NCBI GenBank assembly: GCA_048885525.1
Contig: JBHLLP010000014.1
Location: 1 to 64,000 of the forward strand
DNA length: 64,000 nucleotides
Source: Candidatus Hermodarchaeota archaeon
GTDB lineage: Archaea > Asgardarchaeota > Lokiarchaeia > Sigyniarchaeales > SOKP01
Reading direction: 5' to 3'
Shown here: positions 50,226 to 60,841 of the stretch, one piece after another
Numbering within the stretch: position 1 is the stretch's first letter
How the letters are laid out: each line of letters starts with the position of its first letter
The notes under the pieces: generated by a model
Told to the model about the DNA's origin: nothing
What the model saw: only the letters and a program-made list of their open reading frames with translations
Databases searched by the model: none
Position numbers and translations under genes: made by a program

Positions 50226-51413
50226 ATGACGAGAAAGCAAAATACTGAAGTTTTTGATTTACGAGCGGCAAAGGATTTATATTTAGAATATTTGGAAAGA
50301 GGAAAAGAGAAAAAGGAAATTGATTTTCCACCAGATACAGTGAAAATTGATGATCTTAGTAAAAGAGAAACATTAGATCGTTTATATAAATTAGTTGATA
50401 AAGTTCTTGAAAAAGTTTATACCTCTGGAAGACCCTCTATAGAATTGCCTTCCAGATCAGGTACAAACATCATCTGGGACGAAGAAAATGATTTATTATT
50501 ACTAGGTAAACAAATAATGGAAAAACAATTTCACTCACTTACTAGTGTGGCAGATATTACACGACTAATGAGGGTTTTAGAGGTTGTTTATGAACTTCTT
50601 AATGAAGACATACACGCCACAAAAAGGGAAGTATTTTATACTGATGTTAATTTGTTTCAAGAACAAAAAAATAGCGATAAAAGTATTGAAGATGTAGCGA
50701 CAATGTTATATACAACCAGAAATTCAACTCACATTGTAGCAGCTCCAAAAGGTACTTGTGTAGGAAGATTAAGAATTCGTGATAGAAACGATATTATTGA
50801 TTTAGAAGGATTAGGGAGCGGTGGATGGACAATCTCACCGATGCTTGATAATATCGAAATAATTGAGTCCGATGCTGAATTTATTCTCGTCATAGAGAAG
50901 GATGCTGCGATGATGCGTTTAGCAGAAGCTAGATTTTGGAGAAAGTATCCTTGCATCCTGTTAACGGCTCAAGGTGTTGGAAATGTTGCAGTAAGAATGT
51001 TTTTGAAGAGACTAAGTAAAGAATTAAATCTTCCGGTGTTTAGTCTAGTTGATAGTGATCCTTACGGTCACTATATTCACTCAGTATATTTAAGAGGCTC
51101 TAAAAGATTAAGTTATGAATCACCTTTTCTTGCTACACCAAATATAAAACTTTTAGGAGTTTTAACTAGAGATTTAGATAAATATAAAATTCCTCAAGAA
51201 GTTAGGATAAAGATGAATAAGCAAGACGAAAAACGCACAAAAGATTTATTAAATGAAGATTTCGTAAAAAAAAATAAAGCTTGGGAAACAGATCTCAAGT
51301 TAGCTCTTAAACAAAAAATAAAAGCAGAAATACAAGCATTCGCCTCTCATGGTTTTAAATTTTTAACAGATAAATACTTACCTGAAAAATTAACTACAGG
51401 TGATTGGATATGA
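50226..51413 (+). CDS. top6A: DNA topoisomerase VI subunit A
   Basis: TKREVFY (catalytic Tyr); TOPRIM motifs VIEKDA and DSDPYG. Confidence 0.95.
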   Translation: MTRKQNTEVFDLRAAKDLYLEYLERGKEKKEIDFPPDTVKIDDLSKRETLDRLYKLVDKVLEKVYTSGRPSIELPSRSGTNIIWDEENDLLLLGKQIMEKQFHSLTSVADITRLMRVLEVVYELLNEDIHATKREVFYTDVNLFQEQKNSDKSIEDVATMLYTTRNSTHIVAAPKGTCVGRLRIRDRNDIIDLEGLGSGGWTISPMLDNIEIIESDAEFILVIEKDAAMMRLAEARFWRKYPCILLTAQGVGNVAVRMFLKRLSKELNLPVFSLVDSDPYGHYIHSVYLRGSKRLSYESPFLATPNIKLLGVLTRDLDKYKIPQEVRIKMNKQDEKRTKDLLNEDFVKKNKAWETDLKLALKQKIKAEIQAFASHGFKFLTDKYLPEKLTTGDWI

Positions 51414-51922
51414 GAATCTTTAAAAAGAAAGATGGGGGAGTCGTACAACTAATTGATAAAGAGGATATGAAAGAATGGCCAATTGAATTGCCTTTACTTT
51501 TCATTGAATATATAAGAACTAAACAATTGGATAATTATGGGAGTGCTAAAAAGGAAGTTGAGACGTATCTCGATGAAATTATGACAGATGTAGCGATCCC
51601 TAGATTAGTGAGTGTTTTGGAAGGAGATGATGCTGAAAAAATAATACTAGCTCTAACTCGGATTGAAGAAATTTCGAAAAAAGATATTGAAATGGCAAAA
51701 CCAATAAAGAAATATCTGAATTATCTTTTAGAGAAAAATGATAAGCAGATTGTGAAATTGGCCCAAGCTATTTCGAAAAATTTTGAAAATGCTAAAAGAA
51801 AGAAAGATTTAACGAAAAAAAGGAATAGCATGCGTGAAAAAGAAAAGTTATTCCTTGAAGGCAAAATTAGTGGAGAAGAATATGCTAAAGCGAGAAAAGA
51901 GTATTTAACATTAAAAGAGTAA
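51404..51922 (+). CDS. hypothetical helical protein with SHOCT-like C-terminus
   Basis: LFLEGKISGEEYAKARKEYL; overlaps the end of top6A. Confidence 0.6.
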   Translation: MDMRIFKKKDGGVVQLIDKEDMKEWPIELPLLFIEYIRTKQLDNYGSAKKEVETYLDEIMTDVAIPRLVSVLEGDDAEKIILALTRIEEISKKDIEMAKPIKKYLNYLLEKNDKQIVKLAQAISKNFENAKRKKDLTKKRNSMREKEKLFLEGKISGEEYAKARKEYLTLKE

Positions 51923-51932
51923 TATTTATATT

Positions 51933-52607
51933 ATGAATTGGGAAAATGAAAAGGATCACTTTCATAATTTCATATTAAATAATAAAATTATTGGATTTTT
52001 TAGAGAACCTTTATTATTAAAGTCAGGTAGACTATCTTCTTGGTATATAAATTGGAGGAATATAGCTTCTGATGTTTACTTACTCGATCAATTAACAGAT
52101 TATATAATATTATTTATTGATTATTTAGGTTTAAACCCAGTATGCTTTTATGGCGTTCCAGAAGGGGCTACAAAGTTAGGAATTATCACCCAATATAAAT
52201 GGGCAAGAAGACAGAAGAATTATAATTCTGGAAGTCACCCTTTAGCTATGGGTAGAGGTAAACAAAAAGAACATGGAGATCCGAAAGATAGATTTTTTGT
52301 TGGAATACCTAAAGGAGAAACTATTATTCTTGAAGATGTAACAACAACGGGAGAATCTTTAATTGCTACAATTAGGAAATTGAGGGAATTGAATGTAGCA
52401 ATAATTGCTGCTATTGGATTAACAAATAGAAACGAATTAAGAGATGATGGAAAGAGTGTTGAAGAGATAGTAAAAGAACAAAACATCCAGTATTATGCAA
52501 TGAGCAATGCAGTTGATTTAATACCTAGAATCCATATGAATGAAGATATTAAAAAAAAAATTAAAGAATACTTCAAAAAATATGGGTCTAAACAATTAAA
52601 TCTATAA
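51933..52607 (+). CDS. pyrE: orotate phosphoribosyltransferase
   Basis: LKSGRLSSWY, KEHG and PRPP loop ILEDVTTTGES. Confidence 0.88.
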   Translation: MNWENEKDHFHNFILNNKIIGFFREPLLLKSGRLSSWYINWRNIASDVYLLDQLTDYIILFIDYLGLNPVCFYGVPEGATKLGIITQYKWARRQKNYNSGSHPLAMGRGKQKEHGDPKDRFFVGIPKGETIILEDVTTTGESLIATIRKLRELNVAIIAAIGLTNRNELRDDGKSVEEIVKEQNIQYYAMSNAVDLIPRIHMNEDIKKKIKEYFKKYGSKQLNL

Positions 52608-52644
52608 TGTATCTTACCTAATGTAATTTTAAAAATTTTTTTGC

Positions 52645-53208
52645 TTAAAAAAAATCTCTCCATATTTTAATGAGATTGTATAAATAAGTGTAAAGTAATT
52701 TTTCAGAGTATGTTAATCTTCTCTCATCATCTAAAGATAATTCAGCCATAGATAATTTTAATAGTTTTAATAACCTACTATCAATAATATTGGAACTATA
52801 TGAATTATATCTATCTAAATCTATTTTAGGTTTATTATTTTTAATTACTTCCATTTCCATGATTTGTTTGAATACTTTTATCTTGTTTAGAAAATAATTA
52901 TTAGTCCTTTTGATTAATTTAAGGTCATCTCTCTCACCTATAGCATAACGCTGAACATCAATATTATCACATTTTTCAGCAGGGCTTACTTTTAAAATAT
53001 CTCTTTCTATGAATGGAATCGCAGAAAATAACTTTATTCTATATTTTTTACCTTTTTCAAAAGGTCCGAACCACTCTCCTAATAGAGAAAAAGCTTCAAA
53101 ATCCTTAATACATTCGGTTACAACTATTTCATTTTTGAAGATAAAGTTTAACCTACTCAAAGAATTTAATAAGCGTTCGCCAATTACTTCCAATAATAAA
53201 TTCACCAC
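52645..53208 (-). CDS. GINS subunit, Gins23-type (B domain first)
   Basis: N-terminal FGPFEKGKKYRIKLFSA..F B-domain pattern; C-terminal SRLLKLLKL...RLTYSEK. Confidence 0.7.
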   Translation of the reverse strand: MVNLLLEVIGERLLNSLSRLNFIFKNEIVVTECIKDFEAFSLLGEWFGPFEKGKKYRIKLFSAIPFIERDILKVSPAEKCDNIDVQRYAIGERDDLKLIKRTNNYFLNKIKVFKQIMEMEVIKNNKPKIDLDRYNSYSSNIIDSRLLKLLKLSMAELSLDDERRLTYSEKLLYTYLYNLIKIWRDFF

Positions 53209-53299
53209 ATTTAATAAATTAAAAAGTCTTTATATACTATACAATAGTAATTCAAGAGAAATAAACATAATATTATTTATTTAATAAAATGCAAACCTC

Positions 53300-56200
53300 G
53301 TGAAAATTTTGGTAATAGAGATAATATTGCTTATAGTCTTTATCACTTTGTTTTTATTTGGATTTTATATAATATATAAACAAGTTGCATTAGTTAAAAA
53401 GGGAGAATTCAGCAATAAAGACCGATTTCAATGCTTATTTTATGGCCTTATCTTTAGTTTATCTATTATGGTAGTTTTTACTGTAGCTGTCATTTTTACT
53501 GTAAGAAGCCCTGATTTTTGGGACCCAGAAACAACGCCTCCTGATGTTCATCCTCTAGCATTATTAATACCGTTTATCTGTTGTTTAATTTATGTCACTT
53601 TTTATCCTATTATCGATTTCCTTTTCATTGCTTTAAGTAAAGAATCTGATGAAGGATTAACACCGTTTCACAAATTTATAAGAAACAAGATAATTAATAC
53701 CTCAAGTAATAAATATACAAACGTATTAATTGCTTTAGCTTTTTTCCTCTTAGTTTTTGTTCTCCCGCCTATTTTATTGTCAATAGTAGGTCTACCTTTT
53801 ATTATGATTTGGATAACTTGGAGTCTTGTTTATCCAATAATGATATTAACTTTTTATGGATCCAAGGGATATATAGCGGGAATTTCAGATACTTATTATC
53901 ATATTCCTGATGTAAGAAGATCAATTTTTCTTAATTTTGAGAATGCCAAGAGAGGATTAAACCAATTTAAATCTGAACCGGGATATTATATCATTTTAGG
54001 AATAATGATTTTTGTCTTTATATGGGCTTGGATTTCGTTATTCCAAACAATTGCTTTTTTCTTTATGTGTATCACACTTTCTATATGTTCATTGGCAATA
54101 TCAACAATGTCTTCTGCTTTTGTCTTTGTTACTTTATTTTTTGGAATTATTGGATACTTTACTCGTTTTTGGAGTAGGAAAATAAAATATAGAGGGATTG
54201 ATATATATTTTGCTGCTTATTTAATGGCTTCTATAGGAATCAATGTTTTAGTTAATTTCTTAATAGTTAATCCCGATAAATTGCTATTTACTTTTAACTT
54301 ATGGGTCTTCACCAATCAAATTGTTCCAAATTATGTTATGTTTGCTTGGGCTGCTGTTATTGAAGAAATTGTGTTAGTAGTTTTTACTTCTTACTTTTTT
54401 TTGGCAAGAAATAATGAATTTATTACTAATATTAAATATTCTAAAATTACTAAATCAGGTCAAACTTTTGATCCAATTCCACTATTTAATTTAATTAACC
54501 ATCCTAGTAACAAAATAAGAGAACATGCAGAACAAACATTGACACTAATGTTTGAAAGAATTCCTTTAAAAAGTGAAATTGACCTTAATAAATGGAAATT
54601 TAAAAATTCCTTGCTAGATGGTATAAGTGGATATAATCCAAACTCAAGACATATTTGTAAAAAAATCTTAATTCAACTAGAAAAAGATATTCCAGAGAAA
54701 ATATTACCTTGGATAATAGAAGCATTAGAATCTCCAAATTATGATAAATGCATTCCTATTACAAAAACGCTTTTAAATGCAAATATAGATTTTGTTGAAA
54801 AAGTACCTAAAGATTTAATTATTAACTTAATTGAAGATTCAGAATGGAGATTAAAATTATTAGGAATTAAAATTTTTAAAAGACTACTAAAGAAAAATAG
54901 TGATTTGATTCTTAAATTAGATATTAATAAATTAATTAATGACCCAAATAGTAGGATACAAGTAGAAATTTTAAACCTTTTAGCAGAATCTTCTTACATA
55001 ATTCCTATAGATACAATAATTGAAAAAATTTTTCATATTAATAATGAAATTAGCGCAGCAGCAATTAAGAACCTAAAAAATCTTAATTTAAAAGAAATCG
55101 ATAAAAAAATAATTTCTAAAATTATTCCTCTGATGAAAGATCCATCTAGTTCTGTTAGAGCATCAATTTTTGAGGTTTTGGTAAAAATAGGTAAATTTAA
55201 GAAAAACAATATTCCAATATTACCTTTTTTTGATGGATTAAGTGATTCAAATGAAGAAACTCGACAAGCAGCCATAAATGTACTGGAAAAGTATTTTGAA
55301 GAGGAACCCGGTTTGCTCGATATTGATTATATGATTAATAAAATCGATCCAAATAATTTTGAGGCATTAAATAGCTTAGTTTCACTTCTTGGAAGATTGT
55401 GGAAATATAATCCCAATAAAATATTAAATATTTTATTAATATTTATAAAATTTGAAAATAATCCTTTAAGAAAGACTATTTCAAATATTTTAATAGAAAA
55501 TCATGCTGAAAATCCTGAATTAATAGTTCAGAACTTAATTAAAATCCCAGATGTTACTAAATATATAACAAGAGGAATTATCTCACAAACCCTAATTAAT
55601 ATTGGTAAAAAAAATCCAAAGAATATAATCCTAAGCTTACTAAATTATCTTGATGATGAAAATGATGATATAAGATTAAATGCTCTTAATTCAATAGATG
55701 GCTTGATTGAACAATTTGTTGATTATAGTAATTTGAAACCAATCCTATTACAATTACGGAAAGATAAGAACAAACAAGAAAAGAAAATTGCCTCACGTAT
55801 TATCTCAAAAATAGCTCAAAAAGATTCTTCTCTATTAAAACCTTATATTTCTGAATTCTTACAGATATTAGCTAAACAAGAGTTATCTGTGAGAATTTTT
55901 CTTATTAAATCTCTATTAGATATTGCTAAAGATTCTCCAGACCTTATTCCTATCAAAGAAATTTTAAATTTTCTTAACGATCAAGATTCATTTATCCGGG
56001 AAACTAGTGCGAAAATTCTAGGGTATATTGGATATAAACTTCCAATTTCAGTTATCGACGCTTTAATTAATAGAGCATCTAATGATGATGAATGGATCGT
56101 TAGAGAGGCTGCTGTAACAAGTTTAGGTGAAATAATTAATCATGTTGATAATAAGGAAAAAATCATTGAAAAATTGGTATCTTTACTTAACGATGAGCAA

Positions 56201-56671
56201 AATTGGGTTCGAAGATCGGCTTTGAATATTTTATCAACTATTAAAGAGGTAAATAATTCTCATATTTCTCTTAATGATTTAATAAATAATCTTAGGAGTC
56301 CTGATCCAAAAGTTAGAGAAGCCTCAGCGGGATTGGTTCGAATATTTAGTAATCAAATAGATGAGATTTTTAATGATATAGTGATTTTATTGGAGGATGA
56401 ATCAAAAGAAGTACGAGCTAGAGCTATTAATAGTTTTGTTGAAATAATACAAGATGTAGGACTTAAAAAGATCTTATCAAAATTATTACAAAATCTTAGT
56501 GATGAGGGTTCTATAGAAACCCAGCGTTCAATTGCCCTAATTTTAGGACGAACAGCTAAATATGAAGATAAAGAACTTAAAAAACGAGTTATTTCTCTCT
56601 TAAAAATAAGATGTGAAATGAGTCAAGATCCTATTATTTGTTCAACACTACAGCAACTAAAAGATGCTTAA
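53300..56671 (+). CDS. multi-pass membrane protein with long C-terminal HEAT-repeat solenoid
   Basis: About nine TM segments followed by repeated L.D....VR..A...L motifs. Confidence 0.8.
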   Translation: MKILVIEIILLIVFITLFLFGFYIIYKQVALVKKGEFSNKDRFQCLFYGLIFSLSIMVVFTVAVIFTVRSPDFWDPETTPPDVHPLALLIPFICCLIYVTFYPIIDFLFIALSKESDEGLTPFHKFIRNKIINTSSNKYTNVLIALAFFLLVFVLPPILLSIVGLPFIMIWITWSLVYPIMILTFYGSKGYIAGISDTYYHIPDVRRSIFLNFENAKRGLNQFKSEPGYYIILGIMIFVFIWAWISLFQTIAFFFMCITLSICSLAISTMSSAFVFVTLFFGIIGYFTRFWSRKIKYRGIDIYFAAYLMASIGINVLVNFLIVNPDKLLFTFNLWVFTNQIVPNYVMFAWAAVIEEIVLVVFTSYFFLARNNEFITNIKYSKITKSGQTFDPIPLFNLINHPSNKIREHAEQTLTLMFERIPLKSEIDLNKWKFKNSLLDGISGYNPNSRHICKKILIQLEKDIPEKILPWIIEALESPNYDKCIPITKTLLNANIDFVEKVPKDLIINLIEDSEWRLKLLGIKIFKRLLKKNSDLILKLDINKLINDPNSRIQVEILNLLAESSYIIPIDTIIEKIFHINNEISAAAIKNLKNLNLKEIDKKIISKIIPLMKDPSSSVRASIFEVLVKIGKFKKNNIPILPFFDGLSDSNEETRQAAINVLEKYFEEEPGLLDIDYMINKIDPNNFEALNSLVSLLGRLWKYNPNKILNILLIFIKFENNPLRKTISNILIENHAENPELIVQNLIKIPDVTKYITRGIISQTLINIGKKNPKNIILSLLNYLDDENDDIRLNALNSIDGLIEQFVDYSNLKPILLQLRKDKNKQEKKIASRIISKIAQKDSSLLKPYISEFLQILAKQELSVRIFLIKSLLDIAKDSPDLIPIKEILNFLNDQDSFIRETSAKILGYIGYKLPISVIDALINRASNDDEWIVREAAVTSLGEIINHVDNKEKIIEKLVSLLNDEQNWVRRSALNILSTIKEVNNSHISLNDLINNLRSPDPKVREASAGLVRIFSNQIDEIFNDIVILLEDESKEVRARAINSFVEIIQDVGLKKILSKLLQNLSDEGSIETQRSIALILGRTAKYEDKELKKRVISLLKIRCEMSQDPIICSTLQQLKDA

Positions 56672-56831
56672 TTTTGTGATTTCCTTTTACAGAAATTTAA
56701 ACAATAATTCAATAAATCTCACAACAGTCTCTTTTTTTAATTTCTCCATATTTTCTCTTTAATAAAATATGTCATTAATATTAAGAATTAAAAAATTACA
56801 AAAAATAATTTAGGCATATCAGAAAAAATAA

Positions 56832-58970
56832 ATGAATTTTCTCATGACAACCCCTTTATCAAGCCCTACTCAACCAATTAATAAAGTTCAACGCTTTGAG
56901 GATTTTTATCGTTTATTTCAAGAGAAACCAGGTGTATATAAGTATCAAGATCAAATTAATGATATTTATGCCAAAGGAGGAAATACTCTAATTGTTTTTT
57001 ATGAAGATTTATTGGCAAGTGAACCAGATATTGCTGAATTATTAAAACAAGATCCTGAAACACTACTTGAAGATGCTATAGAAGCATTTAAAAATTTATT
57101 AAAATTTCAAGGATCAAAACTAACTCATCAAAATTATTTTGTCAGAATAACTACTAAAGATAAAATAAGTACTTTATTAATACCTCTAAGAGGATTAAGG
57201 GCAAAACATATTAGTACCCTAGTATGGTCTAAAGGTATCTTAGTTAGATGTTCTACCATAAGACCTAAGATAATAAATGCTTCTTTTGAATGTAATTTAT
57301 GTGGAGCCCAATTTGATATTATTCAGTTAACTTCTAGAATAAGATGGCCTAAATTTTGTGTAAATAAGAGATGTAAAGCAAAAGCACAAACAGACTTTAG
57401 ACTTATATCAAAAAGTTCAGAATTTATCGATTGGCAAAGCGTCATGATTCAAGAGATACCAGAAGATTTGCCACCTGGAAGAATTCCTAGATCAGTTCAA
57501 GCAATTTTAACTCATGATTTAGTTGATTCAGTAAAACCTGGAGATAGAGTTAAATTGATGGGAATTTTTAAATCGGTTTTAGCCCAATCAACTAAAAGTA
57601 ATAATTCTACTTTATTCAAAACTTTTTTTGATATTAATTTTATAGATCCAGAAGATAAAGCAGAAGATATTATTGATCTCTCTAAGGAAGATAAGAAAAA
57701 AATTGAAGATCTCTCAAAAGAACCATTTATTCAAAAAAAAATAGCACGTTCAATTGCTCCCGATATATATGGGAGAGAAGATCTTAAAATAGCATCGGCT
57801 TTAAGTTTATTTGCAGGAACAAGGAAAAAAAAACCAGGAGGAGGTTATAAAAGAGGTGATATACACGTATTATTTGTAGGAGATCCTGGAACAGGAAAAT
57901 CAGAAATTTTAAAAAGTGCCATAGAAGTATCTCCCCGGGGATTGTATACTTCTGGAAAAGGTTCCACTGCTGTTGGTTTAACTGCGGCAGTAATAAAAGA
58001 TACTGATACGGGTCAAATGAACCTTGAAGCGGGTGTTGTTGTATTAGCAAATGGAGGTGTTGCGGCGATAGATGAATTTGATAAAATGGATACTGCAGAT
58101 AGATCTGCTCTCCATGAAGCAATGGAACAACAAACTGTAAGTATTGCTAAAGCTGGAATTGTTGCAACATTAAAAGCTCAAACTGCTATTATAGCCGCTG
58201 CTAATCCATATTCTGGAAGATATGATAGATATAAAACACCTACTCAAAATATTAGATTACCTCCTTCTCTCTTATCTCGTTTTGATTTAATTTTTGTAGT
58301 TGTTGATAAGCCTAATCCAGCAGATGATGCTCAAATGGCCGAATTTATTTTAAAAAATTCTATGATAAGCTTAGAAGAGACATTTGAAGAAAATGATACT
58401 TCTGTAGCACCTATCTCGAGAGATCTTCTTAAAAAATATATTAAACATGCTAGGAGGACATGTAATCCAATCTTATCTGATGAGGCTAAAGATAGAATAA
58501 AAGAATTTTACCTTGAATTAAGAGGTCAATATGATAGTGAAGATGCAATCATATCAATTTTAGCAAGAAATCTAGATGCTTTAGTTAGGCTTAGCGAGGC
58601 TTATGCTAAAATGGCGTTAAGAGATAAAGTAATTAAAGAAGATGTAGAAGAAATAATTAAATTATTTAAAAGATATCTTAAAGATACCGGTTATGACGAA
58701 ACAACTGGTAAAATAGATATGGACCGAATTTTTGTTGGTCAATCTAGAACTAATCTAAACAAATTAGAAAAGATAATGAATAGATTGAAAGAAATCTTTG
58801 AAGAAAGTAATTGGAGAGCCCTTGAAAAATCTAATGTTATTCAAATTTTAGAGTTAGAAGAGAGTTTAGATAAAAAATTCATAGAAAACGCTTTGGATGA
58901 GTTAATAAAAGAGGGAACTCTGTACGAGCCAAAAAGTAACCAAATTAAATTTACAAATAAATTAGATTAA
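56832..58970 (+). CDS. mcm: replicative helicase MCM
   Basis: Zinc finger, GDPGTGKS, IDEFDKM, EAMEQQ and LLSRFD; no intein visible. Confidence 0.97.
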   Translation: MNFLMTTPLSSPTQPINKVQRFEDFYRLFQEKPGVYKYQDQINDIYAKGGNTLIVFYEDLLASEPDIAELLKQDPETLLEDAIEAFKNLLKFQGSKLTHQNYFVRITTKDKISTLLIPLRGLRAKHISTLVWSKGILVRCSTIRPKIINASFECNLCGAQFDIIQLTSRIRWPKFCVNKRCKAKAQTDFRLISKSSEFIDWQSVMIQEIPEDLPPGRIPRSVQAILTHDLVDSVKPGDRVKLMGIFKSVLAQSTKSNNSTLFKTFFDINFIDPEDKAEDIIDLSKEDKKKIEDLSKEPFIQKKIARSIAPDIYGREDLKIASALSLFAGTRKKKPGGGYKRGDIHVLFVGDPGTGKSEILKSAIEVSPRGLYTSGKGSTAVGLTAAVIKDTDTGQMNLEAGVVVLANGGVAAIDEFDKMDTADRSALHEAMEQQTVSIAKAGIVATLKAQTAIIAAANPYSGRYDRYKTPTQNIRLPPSLLSRFDLIFVVVDKPNPADDAQMAEFILKNSMISLEETFEENDTSVAPISRDLLKKYIKHARRTCNPILSDEAKDRIKEFYLELRGQYDSEDAIISILARNLDALVRLSEAYAKMALRDKVIKEDVEEIIKLFKRYLKDTGYDETTGKIDMDRIFVGQSRTNLNKLEKIMNRLKEIFEESNWRALEKSNVIQILELEESLDKKFIENALDELIKEGTLYEPKSNQIKFTNKLD

Positions 58971-59008
58971 TCTCTAATTTACAACTTTTATTAAAATTAG
59001 TTCAATTT

Positions 59009-59533
59009 TTAAAAGAAAAATTTAACAGCTGCTTCCGAGATAATTTTAAATGCGAGTTCAACATTTTCTCCCGTTTTTGCAGATGTCTGAATAACTGATA
59101 TAAAATTAATTTCCTTTTTTATAGAATTAATTTCTAATTCACTTAATTCCGTTCCTAAATCACTTTTATTTGCGAGTAGAATAATTGGGGCCTGGGCACA
59201 ATATTGTTTTACGTCCGGAATCCAGAATTTTTCAATTTGATCGAATGTGTTTCTGCGTGTTAAATCCCCTACTATAATAATTCCTTTAGCTCCAGCATAA
59301 TAAGATGGTCTCATACTTATCCAACGCTCTTGTCCAGCGATATCCCAAAGCTGAAGTTTTGTATCATTATCCTTTTCTAATTTTATATTTTTAGTAAAAA
59401 TGTTTGTACCTATACTTGACCGATAATCTTTAGTAAATTGCCCAGTTATAAATTTTTTAACTAAACTTGTTTTGCCAACAGCAGGTTCTCCAATAATAAT
59501 TATTTTCAGTGTGTATTTCTTAATCTTGTTCAT
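59009..59533 (-). CDS. Rab/Ras-like small GTPase
   Basis: GEPAVGKTS, WDIAGQE, NKSD and SAK motifs; no C-terminal prenylation cysteines. Confidence 0.9.
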   Translation of the reverse strand: MNKIKKYTLKIIIIGEPAVGKTSLVKKFITGQFTKDYRSSIGTNIFTKNIKLEKDNDTKLQLWDIAGQERWISMRPSYYAGAKGIIIVGDLTRRNTFDQIEKFWIPDVKQYCAQAPIILLANKSDLGTELSELEINSIKKEINFISVIQTSAKTGENVELAFKIISEAAVKFFF

Positions 59534-59634
59534 ATATGATTAATTCTATGAAGAAACTTTTTTAAGTATATATATAAATATTAAAATAATTAAGTTCTGA
59601 AATACTATATATAGAAAAATAGAGAGATAATATT

Positions 59635-60735
59635 ATGACTACAGGTATAATTTATGATGACATTTATTTAGAACATGATATTGGAACTCAACTACAACAT
59701 GTAGAAAGCCATGAAAGATTAATTGCTATAATGAATTTTTTAGAAAAACAACAATTACTTGAAGATCCGAACTTTAGAATAATCAAACCAAGAAAAGCGA
59801 ATTTAGACCAAATTAAGTATGTCCATGAAGAAAGATTAATTAAAGAAATTCAAGAAATATGTGACTTAAGTGCTAAAACGCACCGTCTTCAGGCTATTGA
59901 TATGGATACTGTAGCATCCCCCAAAACCTATGAAGCATCGTTATTCTCAGTCGGTGGAAATCTACAAGCTATAGATGAGATATTAAATAATAATATAAAG
60001 AATGCTTTTGCATTAGTAAGACCTCCTGGACACCATTCTAATTCACATCGATTTGCTGGATTTTGTATATTCAATAATATAGCTGTCGCAGCTGAATATC
60101 TTTTTAGAGAAAAAGGAGTAAAAAAAATAATTATTGTTGATTGGGATTGCCATCATGGTAATGGGACTCAAGATATATTTTATCAAGGTTCTAAATCAGA
60201 TTCTGGTGAATTAGTAATGTTTAATTCACATCAATATGGTTACTTTTATCCAGGTACGGGAAATTACAATGAAATTGGCACAGGTAAAGGAGCAGGAAAC
60301 ATTATTAATTATCCAATGCCTGCTGGTTCAGCTGATGATGTTATACCTCTTTTTTTCGATGAAATAATCGCTCCTGTATGTGAAGAGTTTAAGCCAGAAT
60401 TTATTTTAATTTCTGCAGGTTTTGATACCCATTGGACAGATCAATTAACAAATATGAATTGGACATACCAAGCACCTGCAAACTATCTTAAAAAAATTAA
60501 AACAATCGCAAAAAAATATGCTAATGAGAGGATTCTTATAACTTTAGAGGGAGGTTACGAACTAGATAAACAAGCTCGCGCTGTTTATAATTGTTTGAAA
60601 GTACTTAATGATGAAGATGATAATCTTATATTAGAAGAAGCAAGATCTTCTAGGGTAGAATTGATAGATTACTTCAATAACAAATTAATTCCCGCATTGA
60701 AGGATAAATTAAAACCATATTGGGAGTGCTTTTAA
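59635..60735 (+). CDS. Zn-dependent histone deacetylase family protein
   Basis: RPPGHH, GFCIFNN, DCHHGNGT, SAGFD and LEGGY motifs. Confidence 0.93.
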   Translation: MTTGIIYDDIYLEHDIGTQLQHVESHERLIAIMNFLEKQQLLEDPNFRIIKPRKANLDQIKYVHEERLIKEIQEICDLSAKTHRLQAIDMDTVASPKTYEASLFSVGGNLQAIDEILNNNIKNAFALVRPPGHHSNSHRFAGFCIFNNIAVAAEYLFREKGVKKIIIVDWDCHHGNGTQDIFYQGSKSDSGELVMFNSHQYGYFYPGTGNYNEIGTGKGAGNIINYPMPAGSADDVIPLFFDEIIAPVCEEFKPEFILISAGFDTHWTDQLTNMNWTYQAPANYLKKIKTIAKKYANERILITLEGGYELDKQARAVYNCLKVLNDEDDNLILEEARSSRVELIDYFNNKLIPALKDKLKPYWECF

Positions 60736-60841
60736 GAAGTTAATTACAAAACACTTTTATATTTACATTTACGCTATTATTATAATTGCAGAAATATTAT
60801 ATAATAAAATTTTAGTTTATAAAAATTATATCTAGATTATT

